Below, one piece after another: positions 38,817 to 47,442 of a stretch of DNA of 64,000 bases. Source of the stretch: an uncultured Methanosarcinales archaeon. GTDB lineage: Archaea > Nanobdellota > Nanobdellia > Woesearchaeales > GW2011-AR4. The position numbers and the translations under genes were made by a program. The notes under the pieces were generated by a model. That model saw only the letters and a list, made by a program, of their open reading frames with translations, made no database searches and had not been told where the DNA came from. Each line of letters begins with the position of its first letter. Position 1 is the first letter of the stretch. The stretch lies in NCBI GenBank assembly GCA_964585935.1, contig CAZPFO010000002.1, positions 7,465 through 71,464 on the forward strand, in the 5' to 3' direction.

Positions 38817-39814
38817 TCAAACCATACAAAAAAGCCCAGTTTGGAATAGAATTCGTCATACTAATCACTTTTATGCTCATAGTATTTCTTGGGTTTTTTG
38901 GCATAATCACATACAAATTGGCTGATCTGGAAGAAGAGGGAAAGCAGCAGGCAGCAGCAAATATAGCTTTATTGGTGGATAATGAAGTAAAGCTGGCTAA
39001 ATCCTCTAATAATGGCTATGAAAGGGTTTTTGAAATTCCTAGTAAAATAGAAGGCAGTGATTATAACATAAGCATTATTGGTAATAGGGAGGTTGTTGTT
39101 GCTTACCCTGGGTATGAGCATATTTTGTTTCTGCCTCCGGGTGTTGAAGGAAATGTAAGCAGCGGCCTTAATAATATTACAAAAACAGAAGGCATTGTAT
39201 ATCTTCAGGGTATTACTCCGGAATGTAACAATGGAGAGGATGATGATGGCGATACTTACTTAGATTCGGCTGATCCAGGCTGTTATATTAATTGTGATTA
39301 TGTAGATGCTGGTAATTTTAGAAGGTATAGGCATGAAGCAGATAGCTGCAGTTGCAGCTCTGTAGGGCAGTGCTGCTCAGGCGCGGGCTTTGGATCTTAT
39401 TATGGCTATTTTGATGGTGATTGTGGCGGAGGCCAGTGCTGGTCAGCATGCTCTATTGGTGAAAATGTGTTGTTGATAATGAGGAACCTTATTTCAAATG
39501 TTATCAGGTTTGAAAATGATGGGGATGTTATATTGAAAGGGCAATTTCAGGATGATGATCCTAACCCTCCTGTTTCAGATGATGATGAATTCATATTTAA
39601 GGATAGAAATGGAATTACTGTTGCAGTGATCAATTTAGGGTCTGGAGATATGTTCATAAATGGAAGCAAATATGAAAACCAGCCAGCATTAACGCCTTCT
39701 CCAACAAGCAATGATTTCATTGTAAAAGACTCTAGTGGAGAGGTGATGTATTACATTGATGAGACTGGAAATCTTTATTTAAAAGGGACTTTAACAGACA
39801 ATGGAAATCCTTGA
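38813..39814 (+). CDS. pilin-like protein with Cys-rich C-terminal domain
   Basis: MIKPYKKAQFGIEFVILITFMLIVFLGFFGIITY, plus a C-terminal cluster of about 14 Cys (CNNGEDDDGDTYLDSADPGCYINCDY...CSCSS..CCSG...CGGGQCWSAC). Confidence 0.6.
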   Translation: MIKPYKKAQFGIEFVILITFMLIVFLGFFGIITYKLADLEEEGKQQAAANIALLVDNEVKLAKSSNNGYERVFEIPSKIEGSDYNISIIGNREVVVAYPGYEHILFLPPGVEGNVSSGLNNITKTEGIVYLQGITPECNNGEDDDGDTYLDSADPGCYINCDYVDAGNFRRYRHEADSCSCSSVGQCCSGAGFGSYYGYFDGDCGGGQCWSACSIGENVLLIMRNLISNVIRFENDGDVILKGQFQDDDPNPPVSDDDEFIFKDRNGITVAVINLGSGDMFINGSKYENQPALTPSPTSNDFIVKDSSGEVMYYIDETGNLYLKGTLTDNGNP

Positions 39815-39952
39815 ATAGAAAAATAAACAATTGAAAAAAAAGCCAATGATAAAAATCAATGAAAAATTCAATATTTAATAAAATTATCAATGAAAAAATA
39901 ACCAATAAGAAAAAAATTCAATAAAAAAATACCAATGAAAATTAAAAAAATA

Positions 39953-40140
39953 ACCAAGGAGTGCACAAACACTGCTTCCTCAATGGTGAGCGTGTATCTG
40001 CAGTCATTTTTTAATTTTTGAAAATTTAAACAATTTAAAAATAAATAAAAAAACTCAGATGATGAAAGCGCAAACAATTGTGCATGTGGAACATAAATAA
40101 TGGCGGAAAATTTAAATGGTAAAAATTGATAATAAAAATT
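39953..40140 (+). repeat. conserved upstream module, copy 2
   Basis: Block A GGAGTGCACAAACACTGCTTCC..GGTGAGCGTGTATCTGCAGTC plus T-run. Block B AAAAACTCAGATGATGAAAGCGCAAACAATTGTGCATGTGGAACATAAATAATG at 40047-40105. Block C AATTTAAATGGTAAAAATTGATAA. ATG at 40188. Confidence 0.7.
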
Positions 40141-40187
40141 TAAAAAATTGATTAAAAAATAATTTAAAATAAATATTGAGGTGAAAA

Positions 40188-41693
40188 ATGAATAAAACAA
40201 AAATAAAGAGAAGATATGGTAAAAAATGCATGGGTGTTTTAAATAAAAAAACTGCATTGAATTCTTTTTTTGCCTCATTTTTAAAGTTCAGCATAGCGGT
40301 AGCTCTGTTGTTTGTAATTGCCTTGTTTGTTACTGCAGGAGATGTTATAATCGAGAACGGCAAACTGAATGTAAACAACAGCTTTTATGTTGATGGTGAT
40401 GGGAATGTAGGGATTGGAACATCGCCGGGTTCAAAATTACATATAAGACAGAGTGTTGATAGTAATGTGGGTGGGTTTATGATACAAGATGTTGGTGGGG
40501 CTAATTTTAGGATTTGGAAAGATTCTGGAAACACTTATTTTTATAGAGGGCCAACACTTAATTTAATGACTTTTAATGATGCAACAGGTAATGTTGGCAT
40601 TGGGACGACGAGTCCTACTAAAAAATTACAGATTCAAGGCGGCAATGATAACGGTATTTTGATTACTGATGCAAGTGATAATAATAGGGTTATTTTAGCT
40701 CCTGATGGTGATGGTGATGGGGAAATTTCTTTGTATGATCAATCAACAGTATTAAAAGTATTAATTAGAGCTAGTGGAGATTCTTTTTTAGATGGGGGCA
40801 ACGTCGGAATTGGGACGGCGAGTCCTGGGGCACCCCTTCATATTAAAAGAGATAGTAGTTTGAGTGCCACGCAACATCTAATAATTTCAAATACAGATCC
40901 AACAAATGGCAATGCCGCATATATAAAGTTTCTTGGTTCAAGTGTGGTTAATTATGGTGATATAGGTACAGAATTTGTAGATCGCACAAGCGGTTCAGAG
41001 GACGGAAGTCTTATTTTTAGTACACGTGTTAATGGGGCGATGGCAGAGGGGATGCGAATTCATAACGGCAACGTCGGCATTGGGACGGCAAACCCTCAAG
41101 AAACGCTCCATGTTCGTGGCTGGATTATGACAGAGACAGCAGCCGCAAATCCGAGCGTGCATTTTAAAGACTCTACTTCTGGTCAAGTCTATACTCTACA
41201 GATAGACAGCAGCAACAATAATTTTCAGTTATATGACAATACTGCAGGCCAATCGCGTATTGTTGTAAAAACCGATGGCAATGTCGGCATCGGAACAACT
41301 AACCCAGATCATGACCTGGAGATTGGCACTGGAACCTATTCAGAGATTGACGCAGGTGAAGCACAATTCACCACAGGTTCGTCTAAAGAGTACAAAGAAA
41401 ACATTCGGCCGATAGCAGTACAAAAGATACTTGATAAAATCTCTACTATTCCTGTAACTACTTATGATTTCAGAGAAGAATATTGTGATAGTGCAGATGA
41501 TAAATGCAAAAATAAGCTGGGCCTGATAGCAGAAGATTTTCATGTGATCTTCAAAAGAGGTTCTGATAAGGAGATTAATGGACAAGAAGTGCAAATGGCT
41601 TTATGGCTTGCTGTTCAGGAGTTAACCAAAGAAAACCAACAACTAAAATCAATCATCTGCCTTGATTATAAAGATGCTGAGATTTGCACTTAA
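40188..41693 (+). CDS. tail-fibre-like repeat protein with C-terminal peptidase S74 (intramolecular chaperone) domain; N-terminal signal/anchor
   Basis: Five repeats of the G-N-V-G-I-G-T-(T/A)-(S/N)-P type (DGDGNVGIGTSPGSKLHI, TGNVGIGTTSPTKKLQI, GGNVGIGTASPGAPLHI, NGNVGIGTANPQETLHV, DGNVGIGTTNPDHDLEI). The C-terminus SSKEYKENIRPI...IPVTTYDF...LGLIAEDFHVIF...ALWLAVQELTKENQQLK matches the S74 SDxRxKxNI / coiled-tail pattern. Confidence 0.7.
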   Translation: MNKTKIKRRYGKKCMGVLNKKTALNSFFASFLKFSIAVALLFVIALFVTAGDVIIENGKLNVNNSFYVDGDGNVGIGTSPGSKLHIRQSVDSNVGGFMIQDVGGANFRIWKDSGNTYFYRGPTLNLMTFNDATGNVGIGTTSPTKKLQIQGGNDNGILITDASDNNRVILAPDGDGDGEISLYDQSTVLKVLIRASGDSFLDGGNVGIGTASPGAPLHIKRDSSLSATQHLIISNTDPTNGNAAYIKFLGSSVVNYGDIGTEFVDRTSGSEDGSLIFSTRVNGAMAEGMRIHNGNVGIGTANPQETLHVRGWIMTETAAANPSVHFKDSTSGQVYTLQIDSSNNNFQLYDNTAGQSRIVVKTDGNVGIGTTNPDHDLEIGTGTYSEIDAGEAQFTTGSSKEYKENIRPIAVQKILDKISTIPVTTYDFREEYCDSADDKCKNKLGLIAEDFHVIFKRGSDKEINGQEVQMALWLAVQELTKENQQLKSIICLDYKDAEICT

Positions 41694-41709
41694 ATTAAAG
41701 AAAATTCCA

Positions 41710-43617
41710 TCAAACATAAGGTATATCGTGGTGGAATTTAATTCCGTAAACATAAACATAATTCCAGAACAGGCCTTGTTTTCTTGTTACAAAAACACTG
41801 AAGCCGCATTCCCTGAATATCTTGGATATTTCCTGATCAGAGCTTAGCCATGCAACATTAGGTATTAGCTTGAAAAAGTCAACATAGTCGACAAAAACAA
41901 TTTTTCCTCCATAAGGCAGCAATTCCCTCATCTCTCTTAAAACTTTCTTAACATCCTGCAGATAGCCCATCATGCCCATGCTCACGATTGAGTCTACATG
42001 GGGGATGTCAGGATGGACTCTGTTAATCTGGTGCTTATCATGGATGATAATGACATGCATATGCCCTTCTTTGACGAGCCTTTTCTTTGCTATAATCAGG
42101 TCATTTTCTGACAAGTCAGTTGCATAAATCCTGCCTTGCGGCTTAACTTTTTCTGCAAGCTGGAGAGTTAAAGTGCCAACAGAACACCCAAACTCAAGGA
42201 TTGTTTTGTTTCTTACGTCCCCCAATAACTTAAGAATTTCGTCCCTTACCCCCTTTGGCAGGATCATTTTTTCTGTCAACAGCGTTAAATATGCCAGAGA
42301 ATTGTTTACTCTTACTATTGCATCAGGATTGTAATAGAGGACCAGCAAAAGGTAAATTGGTATGCCTACAAATATAAAAGATATCGCCAGCACCAGAATA
42401 TTAAATGCGCCCTCTACCTGAAGAAGCCACACTGCAACTAAAGAAAGCATAAACAAAGTGATAAGCAGGGAGCCGGCTTTTCCAAAAGGGGCTTTAAATG
42501 GCCTTATTATATGGGGTTTTTTTAACCTTAAAATCCAGACAGCCAAAATTGTAAATATATACATCACTATCCCTAATGGCAGCAGAAGGCTCAGCAAAGT
42601 TTTGTAATTTCCAAAAGCCATTGCAAAAACAATTAATGATACTATTGCCTGGAATATTATTGCCTTGTGAGGTGTATGGAATTTTGGATGTATGCTGCTT
42701 AGCTGCGCTATAAATAATTTGTCTCTTGATAAGGCAAGGATAAGCCTAGGCAAAGCAACTATACCTCCTGCTGCAGAGCCTACAAGGGCAAAGAAAACGC
42801 CAAAATTGATAATTTTAGTGGCTGCCTCGCCAAAGATAACGCCAAAAACAGAGGACAAAGGAGTGTTTAATCCTATTAAAATACTCCAGGGTATTATCCC
42901 TAGTGAGACTATGACTATTGAAATCCCTAAGATGCCTGTTAAAATGGTTCCAAGAACCAAAGCAAGGGGTATAGTCTTTTCAGGATTCTTGATCTCTTCA
43001 GCAAGATATGTAGCTGATTCCCAGCCGAAAAAACTTTCTGCAATAAAAAATATTGTAACAAAGACAGGCAAATAACCATGAGTAAAAAACGGCGTTAGAT
43101 TGCTAATATCCATGTAAAAGACTCCTGGCAGAATAATCGATAATAAGATAGTTATTGATACTCCTGCAAGCAACACTAGAATAAATCCGCTGGCTTCTAT
43201 TCCGACGTAGGCTACAAAGTTTAATGCCAAAATAAGCAATATGCTTATCCCAATTTTCAATAATATCTGGGAGGGGTCTGGAATCAAATAATTAACAGCA
43301 GCTACAACAAGCAATGCCACTGTCAAATTCCCCACTAACCACGCAACCCAGCCAACCATAAATGAAGTAAACCTTGAATATGTTTGTTTGCTGTATTCAT
43401 AGACGCCGCCTGCACTTGGAAACATAGACACTAACTCGCCAAAAAACGTGCTTATGTAAACAGCAAAAACTGTTAATATGACCCAGGAGAGTATTGAAGA
43501 ATTGCCGGAATAAGAAGCGCCTATAGCAGAGCCAAAAAACATGCCAGTACCCATTATAGTGGCGACTGCCAAAGCCAATACAGTCCAAAATCCCAGAACC
43601 CTCTTTAACTCAGCCAT
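41710..43617 (-). CDS. fusion protein: APC-family amino-acid permease (N) + class-I SAM-dependent methyltransferase (C)
   Basis: N-terminal roughly 440 aa has about 12 TM helices with APC-like composition. The C-terminal roughly 190 aa has MTase motif I ILEFGCSVGTLTL and downstream motifs (IYATDLSENDL...VDSIVSMGMMGYL...GGKIVFVDY). Confidence 0.7.
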   Translation of the reverse strand: MAELKRVLGFWTVLALAVATIMGTGMFFGSAIGASYSGNSSILSWVILTVFAVYISTFFGELVSMFPSAGGVYEYSKQTYSRFTSFMVGWVAWLVGNLTVALLVVAAVNYLIPDPSQILLKIGISILLILALNFVAYVGIEASGFILVLLAGVSITILLSIILPGVFYMDISNLTPFFTHGYLPVFVTIFFIAESFFGWESATYLAEEIKNPEKTIPLALVLGTILTGILGISIVIVSLGIIPWSILIGLNTPLSSVFGVIFGEAATKIINFGVFFALVGSAAGGIVALPRLILALSRDKLFIAQLSSIHPKFHTPHKAIIFQAIVSLIVFAMAFGNYKTLLSLLLPLGIVMYIFTILAVWILRLKKPHIIRPFKAPFGKAGSLLITLFMLSLVAVWLLQVEGAFNILVLAISFIFVGIPIYLLLVLYYNPDAIVRVNNSLAYLTLLTEKMILPKGVRDEILKLLGDVRNKTILEFGCSVGTLTLQLAEKVKPQGRIYATDLSENDLIIAKKRLVKEGHMHVIIIHDKHQINRVHPDIPHVDSIVSMGMMGYLQDVKKVLREMRELLPYGGKIVFVDYVDFFKLIPNVAWLSSDQEISKIFRECGFSVFVTRKQGLFWNYVYVYGIKFHHDIPYV

Positions 43618-43769
43618 TATTTAAAAAATTGGAACTGTAGTATAAAAATAATTGTTTGTACTGCGGTGTGGTGAAAGAGTTTTTAATCAAATTATCAAGT
43701 AGGCCAACAAACACTGCTGACCTTATAAAATCAATAAGATTAAAAATAAAACAGAATAACTAACAGTAT

Positions 43770-44426
43770 ATGAAAACATTATTTATTGAATCAAAATATA
43801 TGGGAAACGCAGAATTGGATAAAATCAAAGCAGAAAAGCTGCCAAAAAACATAGGATTAGTTGCTACAATACAATTTACAGGCCAGTTAGATAAAATAAA
43901 AGATTATCTGGCTGATAAAAACAAAAAAGTATATGTTGCAAAAGGCAACCAGAAATATCCTGGACAGATTCTTGGATGCGATGCATCTTCTGGTGAAAAG
44001 ATAAAGAGCAAGGTTGATGCTTTTCTTTATATCGGAGACGGGAGGTTCCATCCTTTAGGCTTAGCGATGAGCACAAATAAAGAGGTTTTCTGTTTTAATC
44101 CTGCTAATGGTTATTTTTCTGAAATTGATAATAAAGAAATTGAGGAGTATAAAAAATCATTAAAAGTAAAAAAAATAAGATTCTTGAGCGCGGAAAATGT
44201 AGGCATTTTGGTTTCGACAAAACCAGGCCAAAATAATTCCAAAAAAGCGTCTGAAATAAAAAAGAAACTTGAAAAAGAAGGCAAAAAGTGCTATACTTTT
44301 GTGTTTGATACATTAAGCTTAAATGAGCTGGAAAACTTCCCATTTGTAGACTTCTGGGTCAATACAGCGTGCCCGAGGATAGAAGGAGATAGTAAGGAGG
44401 TTGTTAATGTAAGGGATGTTGAATAA
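43770..44426 (+). CDS. dph2: Dph2-like 2-(3-amino-3-carboxypropyl)histidine synthase lacking the N-terminal domain
   Basis: KYPGQILGCDAS, FLYIGDGRFHPLGLAMST and NTACPRIE match the conserved Cys-containing motifs of Dph2 domains 2 and 3. There is no ORF for domain 1 upstream. Confidence 0.6.
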   Translation: MKTLFIESKYMGNAELDKIKAEKLPKNIGLVATIQFTGQLDKIKDYLADKNKKVYVAKGNQKYPGQILGCDASSGEKIKSKVDAFLYIGDGRFHPLGLAMSTNKEVFCFNPANGYFSEIDNKEIEEYKKSLKVKKIRFLSAENVGILVSTKPGQNNSKKASEIKKKLEKEGKKCYTFVFDTLSLNELENFPFVDFWVNTACPRIEGDSKEVVNVRDVE

Positions 44427-44555
44427 AAAATAAATAAGATGAATTCGTTATAAATTAATTAAACTATTATCAATAAAAAAGAAATCAATAAATAAAGTTA
44501 CCAATAAAAAACCAAAAAGAAAAAAATCAATAAAATAATAAAAAATTAATTAAAA

Positions 44556-45395
44556 TTACTTATTTTTTCCTTTTGCCGTTTCCTTGATCCACACATCCCT
44601 TTGAGGGAAAGGTATTGTAATTCCGTTCTTGTCAAACTCTTCTTTTATTTTCTTGATTGTGTCAAAGTAAACTCCCCAATAATCCTCTTTTTTTATAGAA
44701 GGCCTTACAGCGATGTTGACAGAACTATCTCCCAAGCTTTTGACAACTATCTGATGCTCAGGGTCTTTTAAAACACGCTTGTCTTTTTTCAGGATATTGT
44801 CTATGATTCTTATTGCCTTGTCTATATTTGAGTCGTAGCTGATGCCAATTTCAAGGTTATAAAGCTTCCTTGTAGAGTTTCCATGGAAATTTTGTATTAC
44901 ACCCCCCCATATCTTGCTGTTAGGGATGGTTATTTTTACATTATCCGGGCTTTTTAGTACGCAGGCCGCTATTCCAATGTGCTCTACACCCCCTACAACT
45001 CCCCCTACTTTTATCCAGTCATGCACCCTGAATGGCCTATGGAAAAGGATGAAGACTCCGGATGCTAAATTGCCTAAAGTGTCTTTCAAGGCAAAGCCAA
45101 CTATGAAGCCCATTATCCCCAGGCCTGCAATAAGGCCGGAGACATTAATGCCTAAATTGCTGAGGATGATTATGAGGAGTATGAACCATAAAATCACTTT
45201 TAATGCATTTTCTATAAATGTTTCTACAGACCTTTCAAAATCAACTTTGTCAAAGAACTTCTCTATTAATTTAACAAGAATTTTCACTACTATATAGCCT
45301 ATAACCACAATTACAATTGTGCCTATTATTTTAGGCGTATAAGCATTCAAGGAAGTTATCCAATCCTGCATTACCTTGTTTATATCTATCGCCAT
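44556..45395 (-). CDS. small-conductance mechanosensitive channel (MscS family)
   Basis: Three TM helices, then the MscS beta-domain signature (FRVHDWIKVGGVVGGVEHIGIAACVLKSPDNVKITIPNSKI). Confidence 0.8.
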   Translation of the reverse strand: MAIDINKVMQDWITSLNAYTPKIIGTIVIVVIGYIVVKILVKLIEKFFDKVDFERSVETFIENALKVILWFILLIIILSNLGINVSGLIAGLGIMGFIVGFALKDTLGNLASGVFILFHRPFRVHDWIKVGGVVGGVEHIGIAACVLKSPDNVKITIPNSKIWGGVIQNFHGNSTRKLYNLEIGISYDSNIDKAIRIIDNILKKDKRVLKDPEHQIVVKSLGDSSVNIAVRPSIKKEDYWGVYFDTIKKIKEEFDKNGITIPFPQRDVWIKETAKGKNK

Positions 45396-45514
45396 CTTTT
45401 TTAATAAATGATAATATTCTTTTATTTAAAGGTTTCTATTAGGAAAAAGATAAAGTTAGTTTAATGATTTAAATTCGGAACAACAATTGCTGTTGCCTAT
45501 CAGAAATTATAATC

Positions 45515-46384
45515 TTATTTTAAATGTTCAGCAATCAAATCAGAAACGTCAATCTTAGATGTTCTGTTGGGTATTGTATTTGTGGTTATGACCCTGGCTC
45601 CTGCTTTTTCCAGTTTCTTTAGAGAGTCCTCGACCAGGATTCCATGGGCAGCAAAGCATGTCACTTTTTTGGCGCCTAATTTTCTCATTGCCTTTATTGC
45701 CCCGATTAAGGTGCGCCCTGTAGATATCATATCATCTATAAATATCAGGTTTTTAGAGCCTACATCAACTTTTTTATTTAGGGTTACTTTAACTTTTCTT
45801 GCAGAATACCTCTCTTTTTGCATTATCGCAAAATCACATCCGATTCTTTCAGCAACTCTTTGCGCCCATTTGTAGCTCTCCCAGTCAGGGCCTATTATTA
45901 TTGGACTTTTTATATTTTTTTTGATATATTCTGCAATTAAGGAGTTAGCGGTTAATTTATGCGCTTTTGTTTTGAATATATGGCTGAGTGTTTTTTCCCT
46001 ATGAAGATGAGGATCAATTATATATACTTCATCAAAGTCTTCGTCTATGTTTTTGGCAATTGTCCTAAGGCTTATACATTCGCCTGGATTAAATCTTTTA
46101 TCCTGCCTCATGTAAGGGAAGAATGGAGCAATTAAAATAACTTTTTTAGCCCCTAAATCAGCTGCTGTCTCTGCCGCAAATAATGTTTCAATTACACAAT
46201 CATTGACACTTTTGTAAAATGACTGTACCAGGACTACAACCTTTTTTTTTATGTTTATGTTAAACTTTAATTTTATCTCAGAGTCAGGGAAATGGGTAAC
46301 CTCCAGCCCAGAATAAGGTTTTTTTAGCTTACTTGCTATTTTTTTAGCCAAATGCTTTCCGTGCGAGCAGCCAATTATTATCAT
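45515..46384 (-). CDS. prs: ribose-phosphate pyrophosphokinase
   Basis: PRPP-binding motif IFIDDMISTGRTL and the Prs N-domain. Confidence 0.9.
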   Translation of the reverse strand: MIIIGCSHGKHLAKKIASKLKKPYSGLEVTHFPDSEIKLKFNINIKKKVVVLVQSFYKSVNDCVIETLFAAETAADLGAKKVILIAPFFPYMRQDKRFNPGECISLRTIAKNIDEDFDEVYIIDPHLHREKTLSHIFKTKAHKLTANSLIAEYIKKNIKSPIIIGPDWESYKWAQRVAERIGCDFAIMQKERYSARKVKVTLNKKVDVGSKNLIFIDDMISTGRTLIGAIKAMRKLGAKKVTCFAAHGILVEDSLKKLEKAGARVITTNTIPNRTSKIDVSDLIAEHLK

Positions 46385-46474
46385 CTCAACCTCTTTATCA
46401 AATTTTTAATCAATTTTTAAATTTTTATTTATCAATCAATCATTATTTTTTAATCATTTTTAAAACAAAATAGG

Positions 46475-46690
46475 AAATTTTCTTGATTCTCAACGAGATT
46501 GAAAATTTCGTCTTCTTCTGCTCCTTTCACCAATGGTGTAAAGGAACCCAATCAGTTGATTTTCACCATTACGTTAAGTATAAAGTGAAAATCCTATTTA
46601 TTTTTTGTTGTAAACGTTATAGTTAACTAAGGTCAATGCAAAATTATTTACAACTAGTTGTGCAGTGTTTGTGTACTCATTGGTTATTTT
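46475..46690 (-). repeat. reverse-orientation copy of the conserved upstream module (upstream of prs)
   Basis: Core CAACTAGTTGTGCAGTGTTTGTGTACTCATTGG at 46651-46685 is the reverse complement of the CCAATGAGTGCACAAACACTGC..ACTAGTTG core. The extended region at 46475-46650 aligns with 58695-58900. Confidence 0.55.
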
Positions 46691-46735
46691 TTTAATTTAT
46701 TTTAACATTGATTGATTTTTTATTGATTTTATTGT

Positions 46736-47314
46736 TTATTTATTTAATGATTTTATAAACTTTTTCAAATCCTGGTTTAATTCTAGGGCTATTGATAATG
46801 AGCTTTGCTCTGCTGATTTTCTTGAGGAAGCGAAAGTTGCGATCAGAATATCCTTGTTTTTGAAATCATAGCGATGCTCCAGCTCTGAAAAGTCTTCCCT
46901 GCATTCAAAGTCAGGCATTTTGAGCTTTTGGTCAAAAACCAAAATCATAGCAGCTTCTGCGCCGTTCTTGATTGCTATGTCCCTCAGCTGAGTTGTTTTT
47001 TCTATCTTATCCTTGTTTTTTATGACTATTCCTTTGGCTTTCAGGTTTTTATGAGGTTTGTAGCTGATTTTATTTAACACTTCAATCTCTCTTTTTATAT
47101 TGCCTATTGCCTTTGTTCCTTTTTCACTCAAAGAATGGCCTTTTTTTGTTGATTCAATAAGGCTGTTGTCTTTCAAAATGTCCAGGATGGTCCTTATAGT
47201 GCCTTCTCCTAATTCCAATTTATCAACCAATTCAGCCCTGCTCGTGCTCTCACCTATATATAGGAAGCATCTTAAAATGTCAATATCTGTAAAATTAGCT
47301 ATGTTGCCTACCAT
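46736..47314 (-). CDS. hypothetical protein with N-terminal winged-helix (putative regulator)
   Basis: ILRCFLYIGESTSRAELVDKLELGEGTIRTILDILKDNSLIE. Confidence 0.4.
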   Translation of the reverse strand: MVGNIANFTDIDILRCFLYIGESTSRAELVDKLELGEGTIRTILDILKDNSLIESTKKGHSLSEKGTKAIGNIKREIEVLNKISYKPHKNLKAKGIVIKNKDKIEKTTQLRDIAIKNGAEAAMILVFDQKLKMPDFECREDFSELEHRYDFKNKDILIATFASSRKSAEQSSLSIALELNQDLKKFIKSLNK

Positions 47315-47442
47315 AATGCCTTATTTTGAGGATTATTTTTATAGTTTTCTATATGGAGCTCATGACTGTTTACTATTGTAAAATAGCAAAAACTTTAAAT
47401 ATGAGTAGTGTATTTCTAACCTTTAAGGTGGTAAAAATAAAT

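Noticed and set aside
44440-44530. ATCAATAAAAA-type short repeats as a CRISPR array
   Set aside because: Repeat units are about 11 nt, degenerate, A-rich and lack unique spacers. No cas genes are nearby.
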